64,000 nt of DNA from an uncultured virus (IMG/VR IMGVR_UViG_3300006092_000199) (Duplodnaviria; Heunggongvirae; Uroviricota; Caudoviricetes), in IMG/VR virus record IMGVR_UViG_3300006092_000199, one strand, 5' to 3'. Position numbers and translations under genes: made by a program. Positions 27,066-37,116 of the stretch are shown piece by piece (within the stretch, counting starts at the first letter, position 1; each line of letters begins with the position of its first letter). Under the pieces are notes generated by a model. The model saw only the letters and a program-made list of their open reading frames with translations, was not told where the DNA came from and searched no databases.

Positions 27066-27664
27066 TCATTGACGCGGTCAGGCTCCCCGTCGATGTGGAG
27101 CGTGGTGCAGAGGGTGGCCCCCTCTTCAGCACGATTGTCAACCGCACGGATGGTGGAGGAGCGATCACCAACCAGAATTGGCAGTACCCACTCTTCAAGG
27201 GCAACATCAGCTATGGCATCCAGAACACCAGCGACCTCGGCCTGGTGCGCGCCTTCTTCTATGCCCGCCGTGGCCGTGCTCGTGGCTTCCTGTTCCGCGA
27301 CTGGTCCGACTACATTGTCTCCGAGGCCGTGAGCATCGGCACCGGGGATGGGGTGGAGACAGACTTCAACTGCTCTGTCATCTATGATGACGACATCCTC
27401 CCCTTCACGCGCCCGATCACCCGTCCGGTCGAGGCCACGATGAATGTGTACGACAATGGCTCTCTGGTCAACCCGTCGCTGTGGAGCCTCCAGACCGGGG
27501 GTGTCGTCCGCTTCGTCACGCCGCCCACCAGCGGGCATGTGATCTCGTGGACTGGAGAGTTCGACATCCCGGTCCAGTTCATGACCGACCAGTTCAAGGT
27601 CGTGATGCAGACCTTCGAGGCAGGTGAGATCCCCAGCCTTGAGATCATGGAGGTTCGCGAGTGA
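27062..27664 (+). CDS. distal tail protein, DUF2460/TIGR02217 GTA-like
   Basis: GGPLFST, FFYARRGRARGFLFRDWSDY and GEFDIPVQF. Confidence 0.88.
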   Translation: MIIDAVRLPVDVERGAEGGPLFSTIVNRTDGGGAITNQNWQYPLFKGNISYGIQNTSDLGLVRAFFYARRGRARGFLFRDWSDYIVSEAVSIGTGDGVETDFNCSVIYDDDILPFTRPITRPVEATMNVYDNGSLVNPSLWSLQTGGVVRFVTPPTSGHVISWTGEFDIPVQFMTDQFKVVMQTFEAGEIPSLEIMEVRE

Positions 27665-28518
27665 GGACGCTTGGTGGAAGTCTCCAGGCTGCGATCGCGA
27701 CAGGCACGACCACTCTCTGCCGCCTGTTCACGATCACGCGCACGAGCGGGCAGGTGCTCCGCTTCACGGACTTTGACGGAGACGTCACGTTCGATGGCAA
27801 TGTCTACAGCGCCAACTCCTCCATCAGCATCACCAATGTCTCAACTGCCATCCAGGGTGGTGTGACGTCCACCAATGCCAAGGTCATCCTTGACGCCGAG
27901 GCTGGCGTCAGCTCAGTCGACTTCATCCGTGGCCGCTACGACGGGGCCACCTTCAAGGTCTCCTGGGTTGACTGGTCCAACCCATCCCTGGGTGAGATCA
28001 TCATCCTCATCGGTCAAATCTCCATCATCGAGGCGACCAACAAGGGGACTGGCAGCTTCGAGGTCCGTGGCATCCTCAATCGCGGCGACATGCGCATCGG
28101 CCAGTTCTACACGCCGGAGTGCACCGCGGATCTTGGAGATGCTCGCTGCACTGTCGATCTGACTCCGACCCTGATGACCGGGACGGTGGCCGCAGTCTCG
28201 ACCCGCACCAAGATCTCAGTCGACCTGTCCGGCGATCCCGCCGATGCCTACTTCTCATTCGGTGTGCTCACGTGGACGAGCGGCAACAACCTCAACCAGA
28301 GCATCGAGATCCTGTCTCAGGCGTATGTGTCGGGCCACGACCAGCTCGTCCTGGCGCTTGAGATGCCCGACGACATCGAGGTCGGCGACACCTTCGACAT
28401 CGTCGCTGGCTGCGACAAGACGAGGGGCACCTGCCAGACCAAGTTCTCAAACATAGCCAACTATCGCGGCTATCCCTTCGTCCCCGGCCCGGATGGCCTC
28501 AGTGACTCCTTCATCTGA
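27661..28518 (+). CDS. baseplate hub, DUF2163/BR0599 GTA-like
   Basis: CTADLGDARC and GCDKTRGTCQTKFSNIANYRGYPFVPG. Confidence 0.9.
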   Translation: MRTLGGSLQAAIATGTTTLCRLFTITRTSGQVLRFTDFDGDVTFDGNVYSANSSISITNVSTAIQGGVTSTNAKVILDAEAGVSSVDFIRGRYDGATFKVSWVDWSNPSLGEIIILIGQISIIEATNKGTGSFEVRGILNRGDMRIGQFYTPECTADLGDARCTVDLTPTLMTGTVAAVSTRTKISVDLSGDPADAYFSFGVLTWTSGNNLNQSIEILSQAYVSGHDQLVLALEMPDDIEVGDTFDIVAGCDKTRGTCQTKFSNIANYRGYPFVPGPDGLSDSFI

Positions 28519-28957
28519 AGAAGAGCTCCGCGCGCAACTGATCGAGAAGGCCAGGTCCTACATCGGGACCAAGTGGCGTCATCAGGGTCGCACTCGGCAG
28601 GGGATCGACTGCCTTGGCCTCATGCTGGTGCCCGCCTTCGAGCTTGGGTTGTGCGACTACCCAGACCAGTACAACTACCCTCGCCGCGCCACCAGCCGCG
28701 AGCTGATAGAGATCTCCCGCCTCTGGGCCCAGGAGGTTCGGCTCGGCCCAGGGGGCATCGACGCCATGAAGGACGGGGACGTCCTCGTGCTCCGAGACCA
28801 CACCTTCCCCCAGCACGTGGGCATGGTGACGAGCATGAATGGTCAGCGGAGCCTGCTGCACAGCTCGCTTGCCCATCGACGGGTCGTTGAGGAATACATC
28901 AACCAGGATCACCGCCAGAGGGCGTTGACGACGTTCAAGTTCAGGGCCTTCACATGA
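28493..28957 (+). CDS. NlpC/P60 family tail peptidase
   Basis: ARSYIGTKWRHQGR...GIDCLGL...HVG...LLHS. Confidence 0.9.
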   Translation: MASVTPSSEEELRAQLIEKARSYIGTKWRHQGRTRQGIDCLGLMLVPAFELGLCDYPDQYNYPRRATSRELIEISRLWAQEVRLGPGGIDAMKDGDVLVLRDHTFPQHVGMVTSMNGQRSLLHSSLAHRRVVEEYINQDHRQRALTTFKFRAFT

Positions 28958-31900
28958 CGATGTTTTGGACTGGCAGCGGGTTTGTCGACATCCCGCCCAC
29001 GATTGAGATCTTCGAGCCGCCAGATGATCGCTATCTGTCGGGCTACAAGATCACGGACAATGTCGACGGCGATGTGAAGACGTTCGGCCCTCGTCTCAAG
29101 GATCTCAACGTCCCCTTCTCGCTCTACGGTCTACCCATCCCGATCACGTTCGGTGTGCGTCGCCTGAACGGCAACATCATCTGGGCGCGGCCTCTCCGCG
29201 AGAGCATCCAGAAGAACAAGAAGGGCGGCAAGGGCGGACCGACGACCAAGTCGACCGAGTACAAGTATTTCGCGACGTTTGCCGTCGCCTTCGGCATCCC
29301 CGGCAACACTGACAGCGACAGTCGCGATGTCATCCGCATGTGGGCGCAGAACGCGCTCATCATGGATCGCCGTGGCTACGCCGCCGCCAAGTGGACTGGT
29401 CTCGACTATACCTTCTACAAGGGCGAGGCCACCCAGGTGCAGGATCCGACCATCGTCTCGTACGAGGGCGCGGATGTCACCCCGGCCTATCGCGACGTCA
29501 TGTACTGTGTGTTCCGCGACATGCCCATCGAGGACTTCAACAACTACATCCCCTCGATTGGCATCGAGATCGGTGACACGACCGCGCTGCAGTACATCAT
29601 CCAGAATATTGACACTCCGGCAGTCGAGGGCCTCCAGGCCGTCGACGCGGGCTTCGCCGACTTCACGCGCGGCACCTACTATGGTGTTCGCAGCGAAGAT
29701 GTCAATAGCCATGACTCTGTCATCCGATCTTACAACCTCGCTGGAGCGAGCTACCTCGGATCGACGACTGCCAACGACGACGGTGTCGGCTGGGACACCA
29801 ACAACGACCCCCTGGGCACCGCTCCACCAGCTCTCAAGCATGAGAAGGGCATCAGCGCCAACTTCAATTCGCTCGGCTACTGCCCCTGGCTCAACCTGCT
29901 CTGGGGCAAGCCGGACAAGCTCAACACAGGCGAGCCGTTCATGCTCATCGATCCCAGCTCGGGCATCGCTCGCTACTGGCTGGGGTGCCACATCTTCAAT
30001 GCGACGGCCCAGGACCCCAAGTGGCCGTCCATGACGAGCCTGACCTTCGGCCCCCTCAATGGCATGATCCCGCAGTGGGAAAATGCCATGTGCTTCAGGG
30101 CATACTCCTCCTTGTCACCAACCAGCTTCTTCATGATCTCGACAACCTACAACGACCTGGTTCTCTTGAAGCTGGACGACGTCATGAACCATCTGGACAT
30201 GGTCTGGTGGTCGGCCAACTGGGGCAAGGCCCGCTGCATGATCGAAGGTGAGCTCCGTCCATACGAGAGCGACTTCTTCCTTGTGAAGAACGGCAGCCCG
30301 CAGGTCTGGCGCATGGTTGTACGGGCGGCAGCCCGCCGCGTGGGCGCAGGCACATCTGCGACCTCTTCTGGTGTGGACGAGCCTGTGCTCAAGTACACGG
30401 CGAACGCCAACATCCACGCCATGCTCTACTACGCGGCGGACAACTCTCTCATCCTGTTCAAGACGAACGGGCACGCGGAGAAGGTCGACATTGAGACGTG
30501 GGCTCAGGTGTGGGACGTTGCCATCAGCGACTACACCTCAGTCGGTCCTGTCTACAGCATGCATCTCCACAACCTGGAGGGAGGCAACTATGCCTGGACT
30601 GCGAATGGCACCGTCCATGAGATGAACCTCGTGACTGGCTATGTCACTGACTGGTCCGAGGCCAGTGGCAGCTACATCGCCTCCGACAAGTACAGCGACG
30701 GTCGCAACTCCTCCATTGCTGGCTTGGCCACTTCCGCCTCCTCTGGCTCGCCCGGTTCGACGTCCAGCTCGGTGGACTACGCCCAGTCCACGCTGCTCTA
30801 CAACCGGATCAGCGACAGCCGCATGCCGCTGTCCGACTTCATCCTCGGCATGTCTCTCTACGCTGGTTTCCAGGAGAGTGAGATCTATATCGACCCGGCG
30901 ATCGATGACACCATCGACGGCGCGATCATCAGCAAGCTCACGAGCTACAAGGCGGTCATGCAGGCCATCTGCGTCGCCTATCGCATTGAGATGTTCGAGA
31001 GCGCGGGCGTCATCAAGTTCACCCGCCGCTCCCTGGGCTCTGGGGCGTCGACCTTCGCGGTTGTCGATGACGACCTGCTCATGCAGGACCCGAACCAGAT
31101 CAACAGTGAGAACCCGACCCTCCAGATCCGTCGCGAGGAGGAGCTGGCTGTTCCTCAGGAGGTCTCTCTCCGCTATATCGACAAGTCTCTTGGCTACCAG
31201 TGGAACATGCAGAGCGCCCACCGCTCGCAATTCATCACCACCAATGGCTCGGACGAGCAGATGAGCCTCGAGTTGCCGATCATCATGCTTGCCAGCGAGG
31301 CCAAGGAGATCTGCACCCGCATTCTCTGGCAGGCGTGGAACAGCCGAGTGTCCTACTCTTTCCGCGTCAGCCAGGAGTTCGTGGCAGTCGAGCCGGGTGA
31401 CTTTGGCACCCTCACTTCTCAGTCCAAGCTGTTCAACATCAAGGTGGCTCAGGTCACCTACAACACGGACTTCAGTCTCAACATCCAGGCCACCAACTCG
31501 ATTTCGGACGAGAGCCTGACGATCGTGGCCGACACTGGTGGTCAGGGAGATGACGCGCCCAAGGGGCCGTCTATCTCTGACATCTTCATCTTCGATGTGC
31601 CGCTCCTGCTCCCCGAGCTCGATGGCTCTGCGACCAGCAACTGGCCCTATTATGTCTATGTGGGGCCGATCAGCTACGAGCAGACCTGGGCTGGCGGAAA
31701 CGGCTTCGTCACGGCGGACGGCACCAACTACGACCAGATTGTCACGAACGTCGACACTGGTCTCGTGCTCGTCGCGAAGACCGTCCCGGACTTTGATGAA
31801 GGCACCTGGATGAGCTGGAACGACGACGCGGAGATCGTCTGCGTGCCCAAGGAGGGCGACATCGACCTGCTCGAGAGCGCCACCAAGGCCGAGGTCCTGG

Positions 31901-32763
31901 CCGGGGCGAACCTCGCCTTCTGGGGCGACAACGGGCGCTGGGAGCTGATTGCCTTCCAGACGGCGACGGACAACGGCGATGGCACGTTCACCCTGGGCGG
32001 TCTGCTCAGGGGCCTCCGGGGCACCGACTTCAACATGGACACCCACATCAAGGGCGACTATGTCGTCCTGGTGAACACCGAGCTCGTCGACGCGGTCGGC
32101 GCCAAGCTGACGGACATCGACCAGAGCCGCACCTTCCGCGCCGTGGGCTTCGGCCTCGAGCTGGCGGACGGGCTCAGCAAGACGACGACGCTCAGGGGCT
32201 ACGGGGCACTCCCCGTCGCGCCGACTGCCGTGACCGCAGAGCGTTCAATTGCCGACGCGACGGGCGACATCGTGCTCAGCTGGGACCGCCGTGGTCGCCT
32301 CATGCGCCCCATGGTCCCTGGGCAGGCCAATGCAGATCTCACGGTCAATGAGACCAACGACTATCTCGTCACGGTCTATCGCTGGCCGCACTATGACACC
32401 TGGACCTTCAGCTCAGGGCGGTGGCACGGCTCCGACACTGGCGTCGACGCCGACAGCTACACCATCGAGGTCACTGGTGCGACCACGACCACTCTCACCG
32501 CGTCGGCTTTGAGGGCGAACCAGATCTATGAGTACGAGGCTCCTGACAACCTGTACTCCTCGGGGTCGACCTTCTCCCAGCACGAGGCTGGATATGAGAT
32601 CGCAGCGAACGCCACCGCGAACGTGCAGATCCCAGACCTGGGCTACGACGAGTTTGTCGCCTTCAGGTCGATTGATGTAATGATCCAGCAGAAGACCACT
32701 GTCGGAAACGAAACTGGCTATGGTCCCGGACGTCGCATGACTATCGTGATCAAGGACACCTAG
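28954..32763 (+). CDS. tail tip/central fibre protein (GTA 'megatron'-like)
   Basis: YGLPIPITFGVRRLNGNIIW, PAYRD and WELIAF...LGGLLRGLRGT; 1269 aa. Confidence 0.85.
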   Translation: MTMFWTGSGFVDIPPTIEIFEPPDDRYLSGYKITDNVDGDVKTFGPRLKDLNVPFSLYGLPIPITFGVRRLNGNIIWARPLRESIQKNKKGGKGGPTTKSTEYKYFATFAVAFGIPGNTDSDSRDVIRMWAQNALIMDRRGYAAAKWTGLDYTFYKGEATQVQDPTIVSYEGADVTPAYRDVMYCVFRDMPIEDFNNYIPSIGIEIGDTTALQYIIQNIDTPAVEGLQAVDAGFADFTRGTYYGVRSEDVNSHDSVIRSYNLAGASYLGSTTANDDGVGWDTNNDPLGTAPPALKHEKGISANFNSLGYCPWLNLLWGKPDKLNTGEPFMLIDPSSGIARYWLGCHIFNATAQDPKWPSMTSLTFGPLNGMIPQWENAMCFRAYSSLSPTSFFMISTTYNDLVLLKLDDVMNHLDMVWWSANWGKARCMIEGELRPYESDFFLVKNGSPQVWRMVVRAAARRVGAGTSATSSGVDEPVLKYTANANIHAMLYYAADNSLILFKTNGHAEKVDIETWAQVWDVAISDYTSVGPVYSMHLHNLEGGNYAWTANGTVHEMNLVTGYVTDWSEASGSYIASDKYSDGRNSSIAGLATSASSGSPGSTSSSVDYAQSTLLYNRISDSRMPLSDFILGMSLYAGFQESEIYIDPAIDDTIDGAIISKLTSYKAVMQAICVAYRIEMFESAGVIKFTRRSLGSGASTFAVVDDDLLMQDPNQINSENPTLQIRREEELAVPQEVSLRYIDKSLGYQWNMQSAHRSQFITTNGSDEQMSLELPIIMLASEAKEICTRILWQAWNSRVSYSFRVSQEFVAVEPGDFGTLTSQSKLFNIKVAQVTYNTDFSLNIQATNSISDESLTIVADTGGQGDDAPKGPSISDIFIFDVPLLLPELDGSATSNWPYYVYVGPISYEQTWAGGNGFVTADGTNYDQIVTNVDTGLVLVAKTVPDFDEGTWMSWNDDAEIVCVPKEGDIDLLESATKAEVLAGANLAFWGDNGRWELIAFQTATDNGDGTFTLGGLLRGLRGTDFNMDTHIKGDYVVLVNTELVDAVGAKLTDIDQSRTFRAVGFGLELADGLSKTTTLRGYGALPVAPTAVTAERSIADATGDIVLSWDRRGRLMRPMVPGQANADLTVNETNDYLVTVYRWPHYDTWTFSSGRWHGSDTGVDADSYTIEVTGATTTTLTASALRANQIYEYEAPDNLYSSGSTFSQHEAGYEIAANATANVQIPDLGYDEFVAFRSIDVMIQQKTTVGNETGYGPGRRMTIVIKDT

Positions 32764-35700
32764 ATGGGCACCAACAACCTCGGAAGGACGAATGTCGTCG
32801 TCGGCGACGACGGCAAGGAAGTCCTCATCGCAGCCTCGGACGACGCTCTAGACGCGGCCCTCACCGCCGAGCTCGAGTTTGCCTGGTCGGGCGCGGACGC
32901 CCTCAAGTCGGTCTCGACTGCCCAGTGCCAGGGGGCCTTCGTCTTCACGATGACCGGGACGACCAGCGATGGTGCTCCGACCCTCAAGTTTCCGGCTGTG
33001 CAGCGTGGCATGGTGCTCGTCAAGAACGAGACCGATGTTCTCATCTATGTTCGCGACTATACCTCGTCCACCTTCGTGCTCTGCCCGGCGAACACCACAG
33101 TCGCCATGTATGTCAGCGCAGACGCTGTCGTCAAGATCTTTGAGAGTGTGAGTGCCACGCTCCCTGACACCTCTATCGACGCCTGCCGTGTCGCGACGAC
33201 TGCCAACATCACGATTGCCACGGCCCTCAACAGCGGCGACACGATCGACGGTGTGGTCCTGGCAGACGGCGACCGCGTCATGGTCTGGAAGCAGACCACT
33301 GCATCGGAGAATGGTGTCTACGTGGTGGACGCCAGCCCCTACCGGGCCACCGACTTCGACGAAGACATCGAGGTTCTCGCGGGCACCCTGGTCGCAGTGA
33401 CCGAGGGCACCGCGAACGGCGACCAGCTCTACATGATGACGACCAACAACCCCGTCATCGTCGGCACGACCGCCATCGTCTTCAAGCGCCTGAGCCAGAA
33501 CGCTGTGGCCTTCGCCACCGCCGCCCAACTCTACGCTGGGACCAATGCCACCCGCTCCATCTCACCCTCCGTTCTCTCCAACATGTGGAAGAAGGGGTCG
33601 AGCATCGCCTCCGCTGGCACTCTCTCAGTCGGATCGGGACGCTACTTCCGGGTCACTGGCACCACGACGATCACGGACATCGACTTCGCCTCTGCCTCGC
33701 TCGATGGTCGCGAGTGCGTGCTCGAGTTCGCCGGGGCGCTCACGCTGACCAACTCTGCCAACCTGGTTCTGCCGGGTGGAGCCGACATCACCACGGCGGC
33801 TGGCGACATCGCAGGCTTCGTTCAGTACAACGCGGACGAGGTCCACTGCGTCTGGTACACCCGCGCGGACGGCACTGCAGTGGTCAACGCGGCCTTCTCT
33901 GCAGCCTCGACGACCGAGCTGCTCACCGCCGCCGACAACACCAAGGCGGCGACGCCTCTCAACCTCTATGCGCTCTGGGGCAAGGGCACCGACACCGCGT
34001 CGGCAGGCACCCTGGTCATCGACGAGGGTGGCTATCTCCATGTCACCGGGACGACCACGATCACTGACATCGACTTCGCCACGGCGGTCAACGGTCGAGC
34101 CGTGACGGTGGTCTTCGATGGCATCCTCACGCTGACCCACAACGCGACGACCCTCAAGCTGCCCAGTGGGGCGAACATCGTCACCGCCGCTGGCGACCGG
34201 GCGTGCTTCGTCCAGGACAGCAGCGACAATGTCATCTGCCTGTGGTACACCCGCGCCGATGGCACTCCTCTCGTCGGTGGCACGATCACCGCCGCCTCGA
34301 CGACCGAGCTGCTCACTGGCACCGACACTGCCAAGACCGTCACAGCCGACGCGGTCGCCGCGCTGTGGGAGAAGGGCAGCGCCGTCGCCTCTGCTGCCAC
34401 CCTCTCCCTGGGCGAGGGCGGCTACTTCCATGTGACGGGCACGACCACCATCACTGACATCGACTTCGCCACGGCAAAGAACGGGCGGAAGGCCATCCTG
34501 GTCTTCGACGGGTCCCTGACCCTCACCCACAACGCGACGACCCTCCTGCTCCCTGGCGGGGCCAACATCACCACTGCCGCCAACGACCGTGCCTGCTTTG
34601 TCCAGGACGCGGGAGACAACGTCTACTGCGCTTGGTACCAGCGAGCGGACGGCACCGCGCTCGTGGCCTCTGGCTTCACTGCGGCCTCCACCACGGAGAC
34701 CCTCACCGGGACCAGCACCACCAAGGCCCTGACGCCTGACTCAGCCGCTGCCCTGTGGGAGCAGGGTTCGAACGTGGCCTCCGCAGCCACCGTCTCCCTG
34801 GGCGAGGGTGGACACTTCCACATCACCGGGACGACCACCATCACGGATATAGACTTCGCCACCGACAAGGCAGGTCGCCGCGCCACGGTCACGTTCGACG
34901 GTGCACTCACTCTCACCCACAACGCGACCACGCTGATCCTGCCTGGCGGTGCGAACATCACGACCGCTGCTGGCGACACGATGAACATCGTGTCTGAAGG
35001 CTCCGATGTCATCCGCGTCACCAGCTACACCAAGGCGGACGGCACCGCGATCACCGCCTCTGGGTTCACCGCCGCGTCGACCACGGAGGTCCTCACCGGG
35101 ACCAACACGACCAAGGGAGCGACCCCTGACGCCATCGCCGCGCTCTGGGAGAAGGGATCGGACGTCGCCTCGGCGGCCACGATCTCCCTGGGAGAGGGCG
35201 GCTTCTTCCACATCACTGGCACCACGACGATCACCGACATCGACTTCGCGACTGACAAGTCGGGACGTCATGCCATCTTGGTCTTCGACGGGGCGCTCAC
35301 GCTCACTCACAACGCCACGACCCTGATCCTCCCTGGTGGAGCGAACATCACCACGGCGGCTGGAGACGCCTGCCTCGTCGTCTCCGAGGACGGCTCCGAC
35401 AACGTGCGCGTGGTCTGGTATCAGAGGGCCAGCGGCAAGTCGGTCAGGCCCGCCACCCAGACGATCGCCATCGCCTGCTCGGACGAGACCACGGCAATCA
35501 CAACGGGCACTGCGAAGGCAACCTTCCGCATGCCCTATGCTTTCACACTGACTGAGGTGCGGGCCTCTGTCACGACTGCCCCGACTGGTGCCATCCTCAT
35601 CATTGACATCAATGAGTCCGGCTCCACCATCATGACGACCAACAAGCTGTCCATCGATGCCAGTGAGAAGACCTCCACAACGGCGGCGACGGCGGCTGGT

Positions 35701-35820
35701 CTCACTGACACTGCTCTTGCAGATGATGCAGAGATCACCATCGACTTTGACCAGGTTGGCTCCACGGTCGCGGGCGCTGGTGTCAAGGTCTATCTCATTG
35801 GCTATCCGACGAATGGGTGA
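32764..35820 (+). CDS. tail fibre with five tandem 130-aa repeats
   Basis: IDGVVLADGDRV...Q...ENGVY fibre motif; TGTTTITDIDFA recurs every 390 bp. Confidence 0.85.
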   Translation: MGTNNLGRTNVVVGDDGKEVLIAASDDALDAALTAELEFAWSGADALKSVSTAQCQGAFVFTMTGTTSDGAPTLKFPAVQRGMVLVKNETDVLIYVRDYTSSTFVLCPANTTVAMYVSADAVVKIFESVSATLPDTSIDACRVATTANITIATALNSGDTIDGVVLADGDRVMVWKQTTASENGVYVVDASPYRATDFDEDIEVLAGTLVAVTEGTANGDQLYMMTTNNPVIVGTTAIVFKRLSQNAVAFATAAQLYAGTNATRSISPSVLSNMWKKGSSIASAGTLSVGSGRYFRVTGTTTITDIDFASASLDGRECVLEFAGALTLTNSANLVLPGGADITTAAGDIAGFVQYNADEVHCVWYTRADGTAVVNAAFSAASTTELLTAADNTKAATPLNLYALWGKGTDTASAGTLVIDEGGYLHVTGTTTITDIDFATAVNGRAVTVVFDGILTLTHNATTLKLPSGANIVTAAGDRACFVQDSSDNVICLWYTRADGTPLVGGTITAASTTELLTGTDTAKTVTADAVAALWEKGSAVASAATLSLGEGGYFHVTGTTTITDIDFATAKNGRKAILVFDGSLTLTHNATTLLLPGGANITTAANDRACFVQDAGDNVYCAWYQRADGTALVASGFTAASTTETLTGTSTTKALTPDSAAALWEQGSNVASAATVSLGEGGHFHITGTTTITDIDFATDKAGRRATVTFDGALTLTHNATTLILPGGANITTAAGDTMNIVSEGSDVIRVTSYTKADGTAITASGFTAASTTEVLTGTNTTKGATPDAIAALWEKGSDVASAATISLGEGGFFHITGTTTITDIDFATDKSGRHAILVFDGALTLTHNATTLILPGGANITTAAGDACLVVSEDGSDNVRVVWYQRASGKSVRPATQTIAIACSDETTAITTGTAKATFRMPYAFTLTEVRASVTTAPTGAILIIDINESGSTIMTTNKLSIDASEKTSTTAATAAGLTDTALADDAEITIDFDQVGSTVAGAGVKVYLIGYPTNG
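33511..35450 (+). repeat. 5 x 390-bp coding tandem repeat
   Basis: TGTTTITDIDFA codons start at 33655, 34045, 34435, 34825 and 35215. Confidence 0.9.
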
Positions 35821-35823
35821 CAC

Positions 35824-37038
35824 GTGAGCTTCGTCCTCAATCCATACCGCTACAGCGCGGCAGCCTTCTACCAGTACGCCTCCTGTGATGGTGCGAATGC
35901 CGACATCTACGACAACGGTGGAATGCACTCCTCTGGTACATTCACGGTGCCTGCTGCCTGGAATGGTCGCAAGGTCCGCGTGGGCGCGGGTGGTCGATCC
36001 TCGGCAAACTCCACCGCCGTCACGATCACCATGAACAAGAATGGATCTCAGTTCGATGGGGCGGCAGAGTATGCAGGCTCCTCTGTCACGAGCAACCCAG
36101 GAGGGGCGACTGGGCACTCCGCGCCCATCGTGGTCTCCACTGGCGACACCTTCACCATGTCTGGCCCTGTCAACAACACCAATGGAAGCTGGAAGTACAT
36201 GGAGGTCCTGGCCAGCGGTGTGAACGGGGCCATGGCAAATCGCAGCAGCACCTTCTCAGTTGGCACTGCCTTCACCACGTGCGAGTGGAACCAGGAGCTC
36301 TACGACACCAATGGATACTTCACGACAGGATCCCCGACGATCTTCACCATCCCGTCTGGGACCTCTGGGCTCCACCGCGTGCAGGTTGGACTGCAGTGCA
36401 CGGCTCCTGGCACCGAGATGGGTCTCCTGCTGTCCACAAGTGCCGACCCTGGCAACATGGAGTGCGACAATGCAGGAGGCGTCCTCAGCATCTTCAGCCC
36501 TCCACTCGCCCTGACCACTGGCAACACGGCATCGGCTTCGGTCCGCACCCAGTCGGCCACGACGATGGCCGCTGACAACAACACCTGGTTCTCAATTGAG
36601 GAGCTGCCGTCCGGCCTGAAGTACGCAATTGGAAAGTGGGGATCTTCCCAGTCGGTTTCCTCTGGTTCGACCTTCACTGCTGTCAACCCTGACACGGAGT
36701 ACGCGGATGTCGGCGGCTGGTTCACAGCGACGCAGGATCACTTCACCGTGCCGTCCGGGACCACGGGCCGCGTCCGCCTGGGCTTCTTCATCAAGAGCAC
36801 CAACACTCTCGGCTCCGCCTGGGGCTTCGGCTTCTTCAAGAACGGCTCGGAGTTCCAGACCATGGCCTACAATGCCCAGACCAATGCCAGTGTCGAGTGC
36901 CTGCATGGCGTCACCGGGATCATCGAGGTATCGGCTGGAGATACCTTTGAGTTCCGCGCCCGCACGGCTGCTGGCGCCATGAGCGTGGCGGCGAGCAGCT
37001 TTGTGTGGATTGAAGAGGTCCCGCTCGTGTCGAGCTGA
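35824..37038 (+). CDS. putative receptor-binding/fibre-tip protein with three internal repeats
   Basis: follows the fibre; three YDxxG...FT(V/I)P..G..RV...GDT-type units (C1q/TNF-like pattern). Confidence 0.65.
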   Translation: MSFVLNPYRYSAAAFYQYASCDGANADIYDNGGMHSSGTFTVPAAWNGRKVRVGAGGRSSANSTAVTITMNKNGSQFDGAAEYAGSSVTSNPGGATGHSAPIVVSTGDTFTMSGPVNNTNGSWKYMEVLASGVNGAMANRSSTFSVGTAFTTCEWNQELYDTNGYFTTGSPTIFTIPSGTSGLHRVQVGLQCTAPGTEMGLLLSTSADPGNMECDNAGGVLSIFSPPLALTTGNTASASVRTQSATTMAADNNTWFSIEELPSGLKYAIGKWGSSQSVSSGSTFTAVNPDTEYADVGGWFTATQDHFTVPSGTTGRVRLGFFIKSTNTLGSAWGFGFFKNGSEFQTMAYNAQTNASVECLHGVTGIIEVSAGDTFEFRARTAAGAMSVAASSFVWIEEVPLVSS

Positions 37039-37062
37039 GTCTCACGCTGGCGGAAAGTTCGC

Positions 37063-37092
37063 TTGCGGAGAGGTCCGAGATCGGGCTAGTCT
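37063..37092 (+). promoter_or_regulatory. putative promoter for the lysis genes
   Basis: TTGCGG-N17-CTAGTCT. Confidence 0.45.
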
Positions 37093-37116
37093 CGGGCGAG
37101 ATCAAGGAGCTCCGTC

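Noticed and set aside
32764..37038. Diversity-generating retroelement acting on the fibre repeats
   Set aside because: No reverse transcriptase gene; differences between repeats are not confined to adenines, and all copies are in-frame coding.
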